The notes below the pieces were generated by a model, which made no database searches, had not been told where the DNA came from, and saw only the letters and a list, made by a program, of their open reading frames with translations. From an uncultured Actinomycetes bacterium (lineage in GTDB: Bacteria > Actinomycetota > Thermoleophilia > Gaiellales > Gaiellaceae): 64,000 nucleotides of DNA. This document shows, in pieces, positions 27,112-36,214 of this stretch (its first letter is position 1; each line of letters begins with the position of its first letter). The stretch is from the NCBI GenBank assembly GCA_963746765.1, contig CAVVCN010000002.1:139362-203361 (forward strand), given 5' to 3'. The position numbers were made by a program, and so were the translations under genes.

Positions 27112-27534
27112 GTGAGCGCGAGGCCGTTCGACCCGGAACGCGACTATCCGCTCGGCTCGCAGCGTCCTGACCTCGTGACGACTCCGGGCGGGCTTCCGCT
27201 CGCCGAGGTGACACTCGATGCGCTTCGCGCCGGCCGAATCGACGCGTCGGAGATACGTGCGACACCCGCGACCCTGCGGCTCCAGTCCGAGGTCGCCCGC
27301 GCCGCCGGGCGCGCACCGCTCGCAGCCAGCCTCGAGCGCGCGGCAGAGCTCGCGGCGGTTCCGGACGAGCTCCTGCTCGCGGTGTACACGGCGCTCCGCC
27401 CTCGGCGCGCGACGGCCTCCGAGCTCGAGGGCTGGGCCGTGCGGCTCGAGGAGCACGACGCCACTGAGACCGCGGCGTTCGTACGCGAGGCGGCTGCCGC
27501 GTATGCCGAGCGAGGGCTGCTCGCGGATGCGTAG
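27112..27534 (+). CDS. coenzyme B12-dependent diol/glycerol dehydratase small (gamma) subunit
   Basis: GTG start; 140 aa. DYPL...RPDLVTTPGG...EVTLDALRAGRIDASEIRATPATLRLQSEVA...AAELAAVPDE..LAVYTALRPRRAT..EL follows the PduE/DhaB3 pattern. Confidence 0.8.
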   Translation: MSARPFDPERDYPLGSQRPDLVTTPGGLPLAEVTLDALRAGRIDASEIRATPATLRLQSEVARAAGRAPLAASLERAAELAAVPDELLLAVYTALRPRRATASELEGWAVRLEEHDATETAAFVREAAAAYAERGLLADA

Positions 27535-29764
27535 CCGCCGCTTCGGCGCGCGCGACCGCCGCGATCTGCATCGGGAGACGCTCGTCGCGCCGTACGCCGA
27601 GCTCGGGCTCGTGGCTGCCGACGGGCCGCGCGACCCGTCCCCGGAGCTCGTGCTCGAAGGCGACCAGGTCGTGCGCCTGGACGGGCGGGCGGCCGCGGAC
27701 TTCGACATCATCGACCGCTTCGTCGTCGCGCACGGGCTCGACCTCGGCGTGGCGGAGGAGGCGATGGAGATCCCCGCTGCGGAGCTTGCCCGCATGCTCG
27801 TCGCACTCGATGTCCCACGGACGGAGCTCGTGCGGCTCGCCCGCGGCCTCACTCCGGCGACGCTCGCACGCGTCGTCGGCCTGCTCGACCCGGTCGAGCT
27901 CATGCTCGCGCTGAAGAAGCTCCGCGCTCGGCGGGCGCCGTCGAACCAGGCGCACGTCACGAACCTGAAGGAGAGCCCCGCGCTGCTCGCCGCGGACGCC
28001 GCCGAGGCGGCGCGGCGCGGCTTCGCCGAGATCGAGACGACGGTCGGCGTCGCCCGCTACGCGCCGTTGAACGCGCTCGCACTCCTCGTCGGCTCCCAGG
28101 TCGGGCGTCCGGGGGTCATGACCCAGTGCGCCGTCGAGGAGCGGCGCAACCTCGAGCTCGCCATCCGGGGGCTCGTCACGTATGCGGAGACGCTGTCCGT
28201 GTACGGCACCGAGCCGGTCTTCGTCGACGGCGACGACACGCCCTGGTCGAAGGCGTTCCTCGGCGCCGCCTACGCCTCGCGCGGCGTCAAGGTCCGCTTC
28301 ACATCGGGGACGGGCTCCGAGGCGTTGATGGGCTACGCGCAGGGGCACTCGATGCTCTACCTGGAGGCGCGCTGCCTCGCGGCGGTGCGGGCGGCCGGCT
28401 CGCAGGGCGTCCAGAACGGCTCGATCTCGTGCGTCGCGCTCGTGCTCTCCGTTCCCGGCGGGTCGCGGGCGATCCTCGGCGAGAACGTGCTTGCGGCCTG
28501 GCTCGACCTCGAGGTCGCCTCCGGCAACGACGCGATCGCCTCGCATTCGGAGATCCGCAAGACCGCGAAGCTCATGGGGCAGTTCCTCCCCGGCACGGAC
28601 TTCGTGACCTCGGGCTACTCGGTGATGCCACGGCACGACAACACATTCGGCGGCGGCAACTTCGACGCGGACGACCTCGACGAGTGGCTCACCGTGCAAC
28701 GTGACTGGCAGGTCGATGCCGGGATCGAGCCCGTCGCCGAGGACGAGGTGCTGCGCGTGCGCGAGGAGGCGGCGCGCGCGATCCAGGCCGTGTTCGCCGG
28801 GCTCGGCCTTCCGCCCGTGACGGACGAGGAGGTCGGCGCTGCGACGACGGGCTACGACTCGGGCGAGATGCCCGACCGCGACCGCGCGGCCGACGTCGAG
28901 GCGGCCGACGAGCTGCTCGCGCGAGGCGTTTCGGGTCTCGACGTCGCCTCGGTCCTCGCCGAGCGCGGCTTCGGCGACGCTGCCGACGCGGTGCTCTCGA
29001 TGCAGCGCCAGCGCGTCTCCGCGGACTACCTCCAGACTTCTGCGGTCATCGGTGCGGACGGCGTCGTGCACTCCGCGGTCAACGATCCCAACGAGTACAC
29101 GGGACCCGGAACCGGTTACCGGCTCGAGGGGCCGCGCTGGGAGCTCCTCCAGGCGTTGCCGAACGTCGTCGACCCTGCGGCGCTCATCGGGGTGGACGAG
29201 AGCGGCGAGCCGATCGTCGTCGAGCACGGTGAGGCCGCGGTCGGCGAAGACCCCGGCGAGGTCGTCGTGGCGGTCGGTCCTGCGTTCGCGGATGCGATCC
29301 GGCAGACGATCGCGGACCTGCGGCATGACGACGTGCTCGAGGCCGTCTGCGACGGAATCCGAGCGGGAGGGGCGACGCCGCGCATCGTCCGCATCAGGCG
29401 CGTGGCCGACGTCGCGTTCATCGCCCACGACGGCGCGCGCCTTTCGGGCTCGCGTATCGCGCTCGGCATCCAGTCGAAGGGGACGGCCGTGATCCACCGT
29501 GCGGACCTCGAGCCGCTCGACAACCTCGAGCTGTTCGGCATGTCTCCGCTGTATACGCTCGAGTCGTATCGCGCCATGGGGCGGAACGCGGCCGGCTACG
29601 CGCTCGGGCGCCGCGTCGGCCCGGTGCCGACCGAGCTCGACAACTTCGCCCGTGCGAAGCTCATCGTGAAGACGACGCTGCTCCACGCTCGCGAGACGCA
29701 GGCCGTCCGCGCCGACGCAGCCCCGGTCGAGCTCACGCTCGCCGTACCCGTCGCCTCTCGCTGA
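27527..29764 (+). CDS. coenzyme B12-dependent diol/glycerol dehydratase, fused large (alpha) and medium (beta) subunits
   Basis: ATG 27527 (MRSRRFGA...) overlaps the gamma gene by 8 nt. Alpha motifs: NQAHVTN, ARYAPLNALALLVGSQVGRPGV, YGTEPVFVDGDDTPWSKAFL, MLYLEARC, FLPGTDFVTSGYS, AVFAGLGLPPVTDEEV. After a short linker come beta motifs: VVVAVGPAF, SDVAFIAHDGARLSGS, IGIQSKGTAVIH, LELF. Confidence 0.9.
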   Translation: MRSRRFGARDRRDLHRETLVAPYAELGLVAADGPRDPSPELVLEGDQVVRLDGRAAADFDIIDRFVVAHGLDLGVAEEAMEIPAAELARMLVALDVPRTELVRLARGLTPATLARVVGLLDPVELMLALKKLRARRAPSNQAHVTNLKESPALLAADAAEAARRGFAEIETTVGVARYAPLNALALLVGSQVGRPGVMTQCAVEERRNLELAIRGLVTYAETLSVYGTEPVFVDGDDTPWSKAFLGAAYASRGVKVRFTSGTGSEALMGYAQGHSMLYLEARCLAAVRAAGSQGVQNGSISCVALVLSVPGGSRAILGENVLAAWLDLEVASGNDAIASHSEIRKTAKLMGQFLPGTDFVTSGYSVMPRHDNTFGGGNFDADDLDEWLTVQRDWQVDAGIEPVAEDEVLRVREEAARAIQAVFAGLGLPPVTDEEVGAATTGYDSGEMPDRDRAADVEAADELLARGVSGLDVASVLAERGFGDAADAVLSMQRQRVSADYLQTSAVIGADGVVHSAVNDPNEYTGPGTGYRLEGPRWELLQALPNVVDPAALIGVDESGEPIVVEHGEAAVGEDPGEVVVAVGPAFADAIRQTIADLRHDDVLEAVCDGIRAGGATPRIVRIRRVADVAFIAHDGARLSGSRIALGIQSKGTAVIHRADLEPLDNLELFGMSPLYTLESYRAMGRNAAGYALGRRVGPVPTELDNFARAKLIVKTTLLHARETQAVRADAAPVELTLAVPVASR

Positions 29765-29835
29765 CCTCATCGCACCGGTCGCGCGCTGCTCTCGGTTGCA
29801 TCGGCGTGCCTGGAAAGGTAAGACTTACGTACGTT

Positions 29836-29851
29836 GTAAGGCAAACCTTAC
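29836..29851. promoter_or_regulatory. candidate operator: perfect-arm palindrome GTAAGG-caaa-CCTTAC in an AT-rich leader
   Basis: Sits 16 nt upstream of ATG 29867, within ggtaagaCTTACGTacgttGTAAGGcaaaCCTTACGTtgGAGGtgagg. CTTACGT occurs twice. This is the only AT-rich patch for kilobases. Confidence 0.35.
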
Positions 29852-29866
29852 GTTGGAGGTGAGGCA

Positions 29867-30544
29867 ATGACGTCCACCACCGTGGAACCGCGCGACGGCG
29901 CAGCCGATGAGCTCGTCCGCCGTGCTCACGCACGCGCCTATCGCTATCCGGCAGGGCTCGCAGGCTTCCGAGCGAGTGTCGGCTGGCAGGTCGACGACCG
30001 ATCCGGCTCGGGAACCGTGACGGCCCGGACGGGCGCCGAGGTCGGCATCGAGCTGGACGCCGATGTGAGCGGCGACGACCGCGCCTGGGTCGAGCGCGAG
30101 CTGCGCTCGATCGTCGCCCATCGGCAGGCAAGCACGTACGAGGAGGGCGACGGACGGCACGCGAAGCGGGTCGGCGAAGACTCCGGGCACAGGCTCGGGA
30201 CGCTCATCGAGCTCGACGACGAGTACGGCTCGTCCTACCGAGTGTCCGGCGAGGAGCTCTCTACCGTCACCCGGACGCTCGGCGGACGCCGCTTCACGAT
30301 CGTCGTCCACGAGCGGATGACGGCGCCGGACGGTGCGGGCCTCCCGACGTCGTTCAGCGTCTTCTACTGGGACGCGGGAAGCGGCGATCTCGCCGCCTCC
30401 GAGGCGTACCGCGACGTTCCGGTCGAGGTCGACGGAATTCTCCTTCCGGCGTCCCGCACGATCGTGCGGGCAGCCTCCGACGGCCTGTCGGTGCGCTCGC
30501 TCGAGCTCTCCGGCCACGCGCTCCTGACGGACGGCGAGCGATGA
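29867..30544 (+). CDS. hypothetical cytoplasmic protein, first gene of the ABC importer operon
   Basis: Good RBS (GGAGGTGAGG), high GC3. ATGA coupling to the downstream binding-protein gene. No signal peptide and no motif I can name confidently. Confidence 0.6.
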   Translation: MTSTTVEPRDGAADELVRRAHARAYRYPAGLAGFRASVGWQVDDRSGSGTVTARTGAEVGIELDADVSGDDRAWVERELRSIVAHRQASTYEEGDGRHAKRVGEDSGHRLGTLIELDDEYGSSYRVSGEELSTVTRTLGGRRFTIVVHERMTAPDGAGLPTSFSVFYWDAGSGDLAASEAYRDVPVEVDGILLPASRTIVRAASDGLSVRSLELSGHALLTDGER

Positions 30545-31500
30545 ACGGTCGTCGCGCTCTCACGTTCGTCGGTCTGGCGCTCGCATTCGCCGTCGCGCTG
30601 ACGGGCGGCGTCGCCGCGGCCGCCAAGCCGAAGGCGCCCAAGGTCGAGGCGAGCCCCCTTCTACCCGCGCGGGTCGCCGACAAGGACGGCCGCACGGTGG
30701 TCGTTCGCGACGTCTCGCGCATCGTTCCCCTGAACGGCGATCTCGCGGAGACCGTCTTCACCCTCGGGCTGACGAGGAACGTCGTGGGCGTGGATACGAG
30801 TGCGACGTATCCCGAGCGCTCCGTGGCGCGCGTGCCGAAGATCGGCTACCAGCGGACGCTCTCGGCCGAGGGGATCCTGTCGCTACGGCCCACCGTCGTG
30901 ATCGGCTCGCCCGCGGCCGGTCCACCCGCGGTCATCGAGCAGCTGCGCACGGCAGGCGTGACCGTCGTGATCATCCCCGAGTACAAGGCGTTGAACGCAG
31001 GCGCGCGCAAGCTGCGCATCGTCGGCAAGGCGCTCGGCGTCCCCAACCGGGGCGAGAGGCTGGCTCGGCAGGTCGAGTCGCAGATCAGGATCGCGAGGCG
31101 CGAGGTCGCCTCGACGGGCGCCAAGCCCCGGGTCGCGTTCCTCTACCTGCGCGGCACACAGGTGCAGATGATCGGCGGCAAGGGATCGGGTGCGGACGCA
31201 ATGATCGCCGCTGCGGGCGGACGTGACGTCGGAGTCGAGGCCGGGATCGACAGGTTCAAGCCCTTCAGCGCGGAGGCGCTCGTCGCGGCGCGGCCGGACG
31301 TCCTGCTCCTCCTGAGCGCGGGCCTGCAGTCGGTCGGCGGCGTCGACGGGTTGCTGCGGCTGCCCGGAGTGGCGCAGACGCCGGCCGGGCAGGCACGTCG
31401 GATCGTCCACTACGACGATCTGCTGCTGCTGGGTCTCGGCCCGCGTACCGGGAAGGCCCTCCGGCTGCTGATTCGTGGCCTCCACCCCGACCTCCGCTAG
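30541..31500 (+). CDS. periplasmic binding protein of heme/siderophore/cobalamin (cluster A-2) ABC importer, HmuT-like
   Basis: Signal peptide MNGRRALTFVGLALAFAVALTGGVAAAA. RIVPLNGDLAETVFTLG...VVGVD and ARPDVLLL are typical of this binding-protein class. Confidence 0.75.
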   Translation: MNGRRALTFVGLALAFAVALTGGVAAAAKPKAPKVEASPLLPARVADKDGRTVVVRDVSRIVPLNGDLAETVFTLGLTRNVVGVDTSATYPERSVARVPKIGYQRTLSAEGILSLRPTVVIGSPAAGPPAVIEQLRTAGVTVVIIPEYKALNAGARKLRIVGKALGVPNRGERLARQVESQIRIARREVASTGAKPRVAFLYLRGTQVQMIGGKGSGADAMIAAAGGRDVGVEAGIDRFKPFSAEALVAARPDVLLLLSAGLQSVGGVDGLLRLPGVAQTPAGQARRIVHYDDLLLLGLGPRTGKALRLLIRGLHPDLR

Positions 31501-32596
31501 CGAGGCTCCGAGCGCGACGGGAGCCGCGGCCTCGAGGCGCAGCCGCGGCCCCGTCGCACCGGGGGCGATCGCTCGGCCCGCCGCGCTCCTCGCGGGGAGC
31601 GTCGGCCTGCTCGTCGTCGCGCTGCTGCTCGGCGTAGGCGTGGGTGCAGTTCGGATCGCGCCCGGGGACACCATCTCGATCGTCCTCTCGCATCTCGGCG
31701 TCCACTCCGCAGAAGACGTCGACCCGCAGCAGGACGCGATCCTGTGGGCGATCCGCCTGCCCCGCGTGCTGCTCGGTGCTCTCGTCGGCGGTGCGCTGGC
31801 CGTGTCCGGGGCGGCGCTGCAGGGCGTCTTCCGCAACCCGCTCGCCGACCCCGGGATCATCGGGGTCTCGAGCGGCGCCGCGTTCGGTGCCGTGCTCGCG
31901 ATCTTCTTCGGGCTCGGCGCCGAGATCCGCGGCGGCCTGCAACTGGCGGCGTTCGTGGGCGGCGTCGTCACCGCCTTCGTCGTCTATGCCCTGGCCCGGT
32001 ACGAGGGGCGTACCGAGACGGTGACGCTGATCCTCACGGGAGTCGCCGTCGCCGCGATCGCCGCGGCCGGGGTCGGCTTCGTGATCGCGCGCGCGGACGA
32101 CGATCAGCTGCGCGACATCGTGTTCTGGTCGCTCGGCAGCCTCGGCGGCTCCACGTGGACGCTCGTCGGCTCGACGCTGCCGTTCATTGCTTTGGGCTCG
32201 GCCGTCTGCGTCGTCCGCGCGAAGCAGCTCGATCTCATGGCGCTCGGCGAGCGCGAGGCGCGCCACCTCGGGCTCGACACCGAGCGCGAACGAACGTTGC
32301 TGATCGCCGGGACGACGCTCGCGACGAGCGCCGCGGTCGCGGCGGTCGGCGTCGTCGCTTTCGTCGGCCTCGTCGTCCCACACCTCGTCCGCCTTGCGAT
32401 CGGCCCCGCGCATCGCCTGCTGCTGCCGACGACGTTCATCCTCGGTGCCGCGCTCCTCGTGCTCGCGGACCTCGTGGCGCGAACGGCGACGGCGCCCGTC
32501 GAGCTGCCGCTCGGCGTGGTCACCGCGCTCATCGGCGGCCCGTTCTTCCTCTGGCTCATCGCGCGCACGAGGCGGGCGCACGGAGGCTGGGGATGA
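31475..32596 (+). CDS. FecCD/BtuC family ABC transporter permease, HmuU-like
   Basis: Hydrophobic; LRLPRVLLGALVGGALAVSGAALQGVFRNPLADPGIIGVSSGAA is the FecCD signature region. GTG start overlaps the upstream gene. Confidence 0.85.
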   Translation: MASTPTSASEAPSATGAAASRRSRGPVAPGAIARPAALLAGSVGLLVVALLLGVGVGAVRIAPGDTISIVLSHLGVHSAEDVDPQQDAILWAIRLPRVLLGALVGGALAVSGAALQGVFRNPLADPGIIGVSSGAAFGAVLAIFFGLGAEIRGGLQLAAFVGGVVTAFVVYALARYEGRTETVTLILTGVAVAAIAAAGVGFVIARADDDQLRDIVFWSLGSLGGSTWTLVGSTLPFIALGSAVCVVRAKQLDLMALGEREARHLGLDTERERTLLIAGTTLATSAAVAAVGVVAFVGLVVPHLVRLAIGPAHRLLLPTTFILGAALLVLADLVARTATAPVELPLGVVTALIGGPFFLWLIARTRRAHGGWG

Positions 32597-33417
32597 GCTC
32601 CGGGCCCGCCACCGGGCTCTCTGCCGTCGGCGTCTCGTATCACGTCGCCGGGCGGGCGATCGTGGACGGGGTCGACCTCGAGCTCCGTCCGGGCCAGCTC
32701 GTGGCCCTCGTCGGCCCGAACGGCGCCGGCAAGTCGACCTTGCTGAGGCTGCTGGCCGGCGAGCTCGAGCCCACGGCCGGAGGTGTCCTCGTCGGAGACG
32801 TGCCGCTCGCCGCGCTGCGGCCGGCGGAGCAGGCGCGCGTCCGCGCCGTGATGCCGCAGCACACGAGCCTCCAGTTCGCGTTCACGGTTCGCCAGGTCAT
32901 AGAGCTCGGCCGCTATCCGCATCGCCCCTCGCGAGGGGACGCAGTGATCGTCGCCGAGGCGATGTCCCGCGCCGACGTCGGTCACCTCGCCGAGCGGTCG
33001 TTCCTCACGCTGTCCGGCGGCGAGCAGTCGCTCGCGACGCTCGCGCGCGTCCTCGCCCAGCAGGCGGGTGTGCTTCTGCTGGACGAGCCGACCGCGTCGC
33101 TCGACATCCGCCATCGCGAGCACGTGATGACGACGGCACGCGAGGCCGCCGAGGCCGGAGCGACCGTCTGCGTGGTCGTCCACGACCTCAACGTCGCTGC
33201 CGCGTACGCACATCGGGTCGTCCTGCTCGACGACGGTAGGAAGGTGTGCGACGACGTGCCCTGGGAGTCGCTCACCGCCGCGAGGGTCGGGAGCGTGTTC
33301 GGGTACGGCGTGACCGTGACCAGGAGCCCTGCCGGCGATCATCCGCTCGTGACGCCATTGCCCGCAGTCGCACCCCGCCGAGAGCCGGTGCCGGCTCGGT
33401 CCTACGCCGTCCGGTAG
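32593..33417 (+). CDS. ABC transporter ATP-binding protein, HmuV-like
   Basis: ATGA overlap. Walker A GPNGAGKST, LSGGEQS, Walker B LLLDEPTASLD, HDLNVAAAYA. Confidence 0.85.
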   Translation: MSSGPATGLSAVGVSYHVAGRAIVDGVDLELRPGQLVALVGPNGAGKSTLLRLLAGELEPTAGGVLVGDVPLAALRPAEQARVRAVMPQHTSLQFAFTVRQVIELGRYPHRPSRGDAVIVAEAMSRADVGHLAERSFLTLSGGEQSLATLARVLAQQAGVLLLDEPTASLDIRHREHVMTTAREAAEAGATVCVVVHDLNVAAAYAHRVVLLDDGRKVCDDVPWESLTAARVGSVFGYGVTVTRSPAGDHPLVTPLPAVAPRREPVPARSYAVR

Positions 33418-33457
33418 GCGCTACCGTTGCGGTGTTGTCGCGCGGGACGATGGGTGC

Positions 33458-33760
33458 GTGAAGATCGAGTTCCTCTTCTGGGAGGAGTGCCCGTCGCATG
33501 CGGAGGCACTGGCACTCCTGCAGCAGGTGCTCGACGAGCGCGGCATCTCCGATCCCGTCGAGCTGCGTGAGGTCCTCACGCACGAGGACGCGCTGGCGCT
33601 CCACTTTCCGGGCTCGCCGACGATCCGCGTCGACGGGCGCGACGTGGATCCCGGGGGCGCCGACTGGCCGCCCGGCCTGAGTTGCCGCGTGTACCGTCTT
33701 CCCGACGGGCGAGCGTCGCCCGTGCCCAGTCGCCAGCAACTCGAGGAGGCCTTCGCGTGA
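33458..33760 (+). CDS. small thioredoxin-fold-like protein
   Basis: 100 aa. MKIEFLFWEECPSH...FPGSPTIRVDGRDVDP resembles small glutaredoxin/thioredoxin-like proteins. Confidence 0.55.
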   Translation: MKIEFLFWEECPSHAEALALLQQVLDERGISDPVELREVLTHEDALALHFPGSPTIRVDGRDVDPGGADWPPGLSCRVYRLPDGRASPVPSRQQLEEAFA

Positions 33761-34281
33761 GCGTCATCGAGACTGCCCCGACCTTCGATCTGCCCGGTGT
33801 GGACGGACGCAACCACACGCTCGAGGAGTACGCGGATGCGCCGGTTCTCGTGCTCGTCCAGTCCTGCAACCACTGCCCGTACGTGCTTGCGTGGGAGGGC
33901 CGGATCGATGCGATCCAGCGCGAGTATGCCGACCGCGGACTCCGGATCGTCGCCATCAACTCGAACGACGCGAGCGCGTACCCGGCCGACTCCTTCGACG
34001 CGATGGTCGCTCACGCGCGAGACGCCGACTACTCCTTCGACTACCTCTACGACGAGAGCCAGGCGGTCGGGCGTGCGCTCGGTGCCGAGCGAACGCCAGA
34101 GGCGTACGTCTTCGACGCCGACCGCAAGCTCGTCTATCACGGGGCCGTGGACGACAATCGCGACGAGGACGCCGTCAACCAGCACTACCTCCGCGATGCG
34201 GTCGAGGCCGCGCTCGCGGGCGAGACGCCGCCGGTCTCCGACACGCCGGCCGTCGGCTGCACCGTCAAGTGGCGTAGCTGA
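33757..34281 (+). CDS. thioredoxin/redoxin (AhpC-TSA-like) family protein
   Basis: GTG overlaps the upstream stop (GTGA). APTFDLPGVDG, CxxC site SCNHCP, ERTPEAYVFD. Confidence 0.8.
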   Translation: MSVIETAPTFDLPGVDGRNHTLEEYADAPVLVLVQSCNHCPYVLAWEGRIDAIQREYADRGLRIVAINSNDASAYPADSFDAMVAHARDADYSFDYLYDESQAVGRALGAERTPEAYVFDADRKLVYHGAVDDNRDEDAVNQHYLRDAVEAALAGETPPVSDTPAVGCTVKWRS

Positions 34282-34311
34282 GCGCGCCGGCGGCGGTACC
34301 CGCCCGGACGC

Positions 34312-35227
34312 ATGGACGAAGCTTTCGAGTTCGCCGCCGAAGACGGGACGCGTCTCGTCGGCACGCTGACGAGGGCCGATACGGCGGGCCCCTCGCCCGC
34401 GGCGCTGCTGCTCAACGGCTCCGGCCCGCTCGACCGGGACTCGAACATGCCGGGACAGGCGCTCGACGTCGCCAAGACGCTGGCCGAAGGGCTCGCCGCA
34501 CGCGGCGTCGCGTCGCTCCGCTACGACAAGCGCGGGGTCGGGGAGTCGTCGGGCGAGTACCTGACGACCGGCTTCGGGCAGGAGGCGAGCGACGCCTCGC
34601 GGGCACTGTCGGCTCTTCGCGCTGCTCCGGCGGTCGACGCCGGCGCGGCTCGTGGCCGTCGGTCACTCGGTCGGTGCGACGATCGCGATCGGGCTCGCCG
34701 CGGCTGACCCCAGGCTCGCCGGGGTCGTGCTGCTCGCCGGATCGAGTCAGAACGGGGCGGACGTGATGCGCGTCCAGTCGGACCGTATCGCTGCATCGAT
34801 GGGAGGGGCGTCACGTCTGTTCGCGCGCTGGTTTCTCCGCCGGCAGAAGCGCATCCGCGAGCGCCTATTCGCGTCGACGGGCGACGTCGAGCGAGTCGGC
34901 CGCGAGCAGCTACCGGCCCGCTGGTTCCGTGAGTACATGGCCCACGACCCGACCGACGACCTGCGCGCGATCCGCTGTCCGATGCTGGCCGTGACCGGTG
35001 CCGACGACCTGCAGGTCGAGCCCGAGGACGTCGAGCGCATGCGCAGGACCGTCGTCGCGCCCTTCGAGGGGCGAACGCCCGAGGGCCTCACCCACCTCCT
35101 GCGCACCCACGACGGGCCGCCGAGCCTCGCGAGCTACCCGGCGCAGCTCGAGAAGCCGATGGACGCGGAGCTCGCCGCGGACATCGCAACGTGGACCTCC
35201 GAGCGCCTCGGCGAGCACCGCGGATGA
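34312..35227 (+). pseudogene. alpha/beta hydrolase interrupted by one frameshift
   Basis: The N part is ORF 34312..34707 and the C part is ORF 34652..35227, in the +1 frame. The nucleophile elbow VAVGHSVGA lies just after the shift (about 34635-34650). Joined, the parts form one colinear hydrolase. Confidence 0.7.
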
Positions 35228-35249
35228 GGTATCGAAGGCGCATCATCGA

Positions 35250-35732
35250 GTGGTGACGCGTGCCTGCCGGATCGCGCTGACGTGCCTAGTGGTGCTCGCA
35301 CTGCTCACATCCTGCGGCGGTGGCGAAGACGGCCGGGAGACGGGCGGCGGGTCGCAGTCACCGGTCCTGACGTTGACGGACACCGCGTGCACCTTCGCGG
35401 GCCCGCGCGAGATGCGCCCGGGTGAGCTCTCGATCGACGTGCAGAACGACAGCAGCCTGGCGGGCGGGTTCGAGCTCCTCCGGCTCGCCGAGAACGCCTC
35501 GGCCGACGAGCTGGCGGCCCACGTCGAGGAGCAGCAGGAGCGGATCGCCGAGGGTCTGGCTCCGGTCGTGACCCCGTCTATCGCGACGCGTCTCGATCGC
35601 GTGCCGGTCGTCGCGCGCTGGGGCAGCACGCTTGCCGCCGACGTCACCGCCGGCACGTACGGGCTCGTCTGCTTCATCGGCCCGCCGCCCAAAGCCATGT
35701 ACTTCGCGGCGGCGGTCGAGGTCGCGAAGTAG
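35250..35732 (+). CDS. lipoprotein, unknown function
   Basis: GTG 35250; lipobox LLTSC followed by GGGEDG. High GC3; 160 aa. Confidence 0.55.
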   Translation: MVTRACRIALTCLVVLALLTSCGGGEDGRETGGGSQSPVLTLTDTACTFAGPREMRPGELSIDVQNDSSLAGGFELLRLAENASADELAAHVEEQQERIAEGLAPVVTPSIATRLDRVPVVARWGSTLAADVTAGTYGLVCFIGPPPKAMYFAAAVEVAK

Positions 35733-35915
35733 CTACTCGCCGGGCTTGCCGCCCTGGCCCCAGTGCTTCGCCGGCACGCCCTGGATGATCACGTGGATGT
35801 GCTCCTTCGCGGCGCCGCTCGACTCGTGCAGGGCGTTGGTCAGCGCCTCGATCATCTTGGGCACGGACTCCTCGGTCACGCGGCGGTCGTAGAGCTTGAC
35901 GTCGATGACAGGCAT
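35733..35915 (-). CDS. 4-oxalocrotonate tautomerase family protein
   Basis: ATG 35915 with RBS AGGAGAGGAG. 60 aa, begins MPVIDVKLY (catalytic Pro1). Confidence 0.8.
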   Translation of the reverse strand: MPVIDVKLYDRRVTEESVPKMIEALTNALHESSGAAKEHIHVIIQGVPAKHWGQGGKPGE

Positions 35916-35962
35916 CGTCACTCCTCTCCTCGGGGATTCCGATCCTATGACGTGAGGCTCGG

Positions 35963-36172
35963 CTAGCTCGCCGGAGGCATCTCGTCGACCGGCCACGGCT
36001 TTCCGCCGAGCCCCCAGTTCTTCGGGTTGTGGCCTTCGACGATGACCCACGTGTGGTCCCGCAGCCCGGGATGGGTCGCCTCGCAGAGCGCGTCGGTGAG
36101 CTTCTCGATGAGTGCGGCGCTCGTCTCGTCGTTCATCCGGTAGTCGAAGAGCTCGACCCTGATCAGCGGCAT
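35963..36172 (-). CDS. 4-oxalocrotonate tautomerase family protein (paralogue with C-terminal extension)
   Basis: ATG 36172 with RBS AAGGAGG. 69 aa, begins MPLIRVELF. The 680-aa ORF upstream of this start is shadow. Confidence 0.8.
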   Translation of the reverse strand: MPLIRVELFDYRMNDETSAALIEKLTDALCEATHPGLRDHTWVIVEGHNPKNWGLGGKPWPVDEMPPAS

Positions 36173-36214
36173 GCTCGCCTCCTTCGTCGGTGGCGCGACG
36201 TTACGGTAGGTCGC

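Noticed and set aside
29820-29860. IdeR/DtxR or Fur iron box in front of the heme/siderophore-type importer.
   Set aside because: Aligning the AT-rich leader to the IdeR consensus (TTAGGTTAGGCTAACCTAA) and to the classical Fur box gave only scattered matches. The palindrome present (GTAAGGcaaaCCTTAC) has different half-sites.
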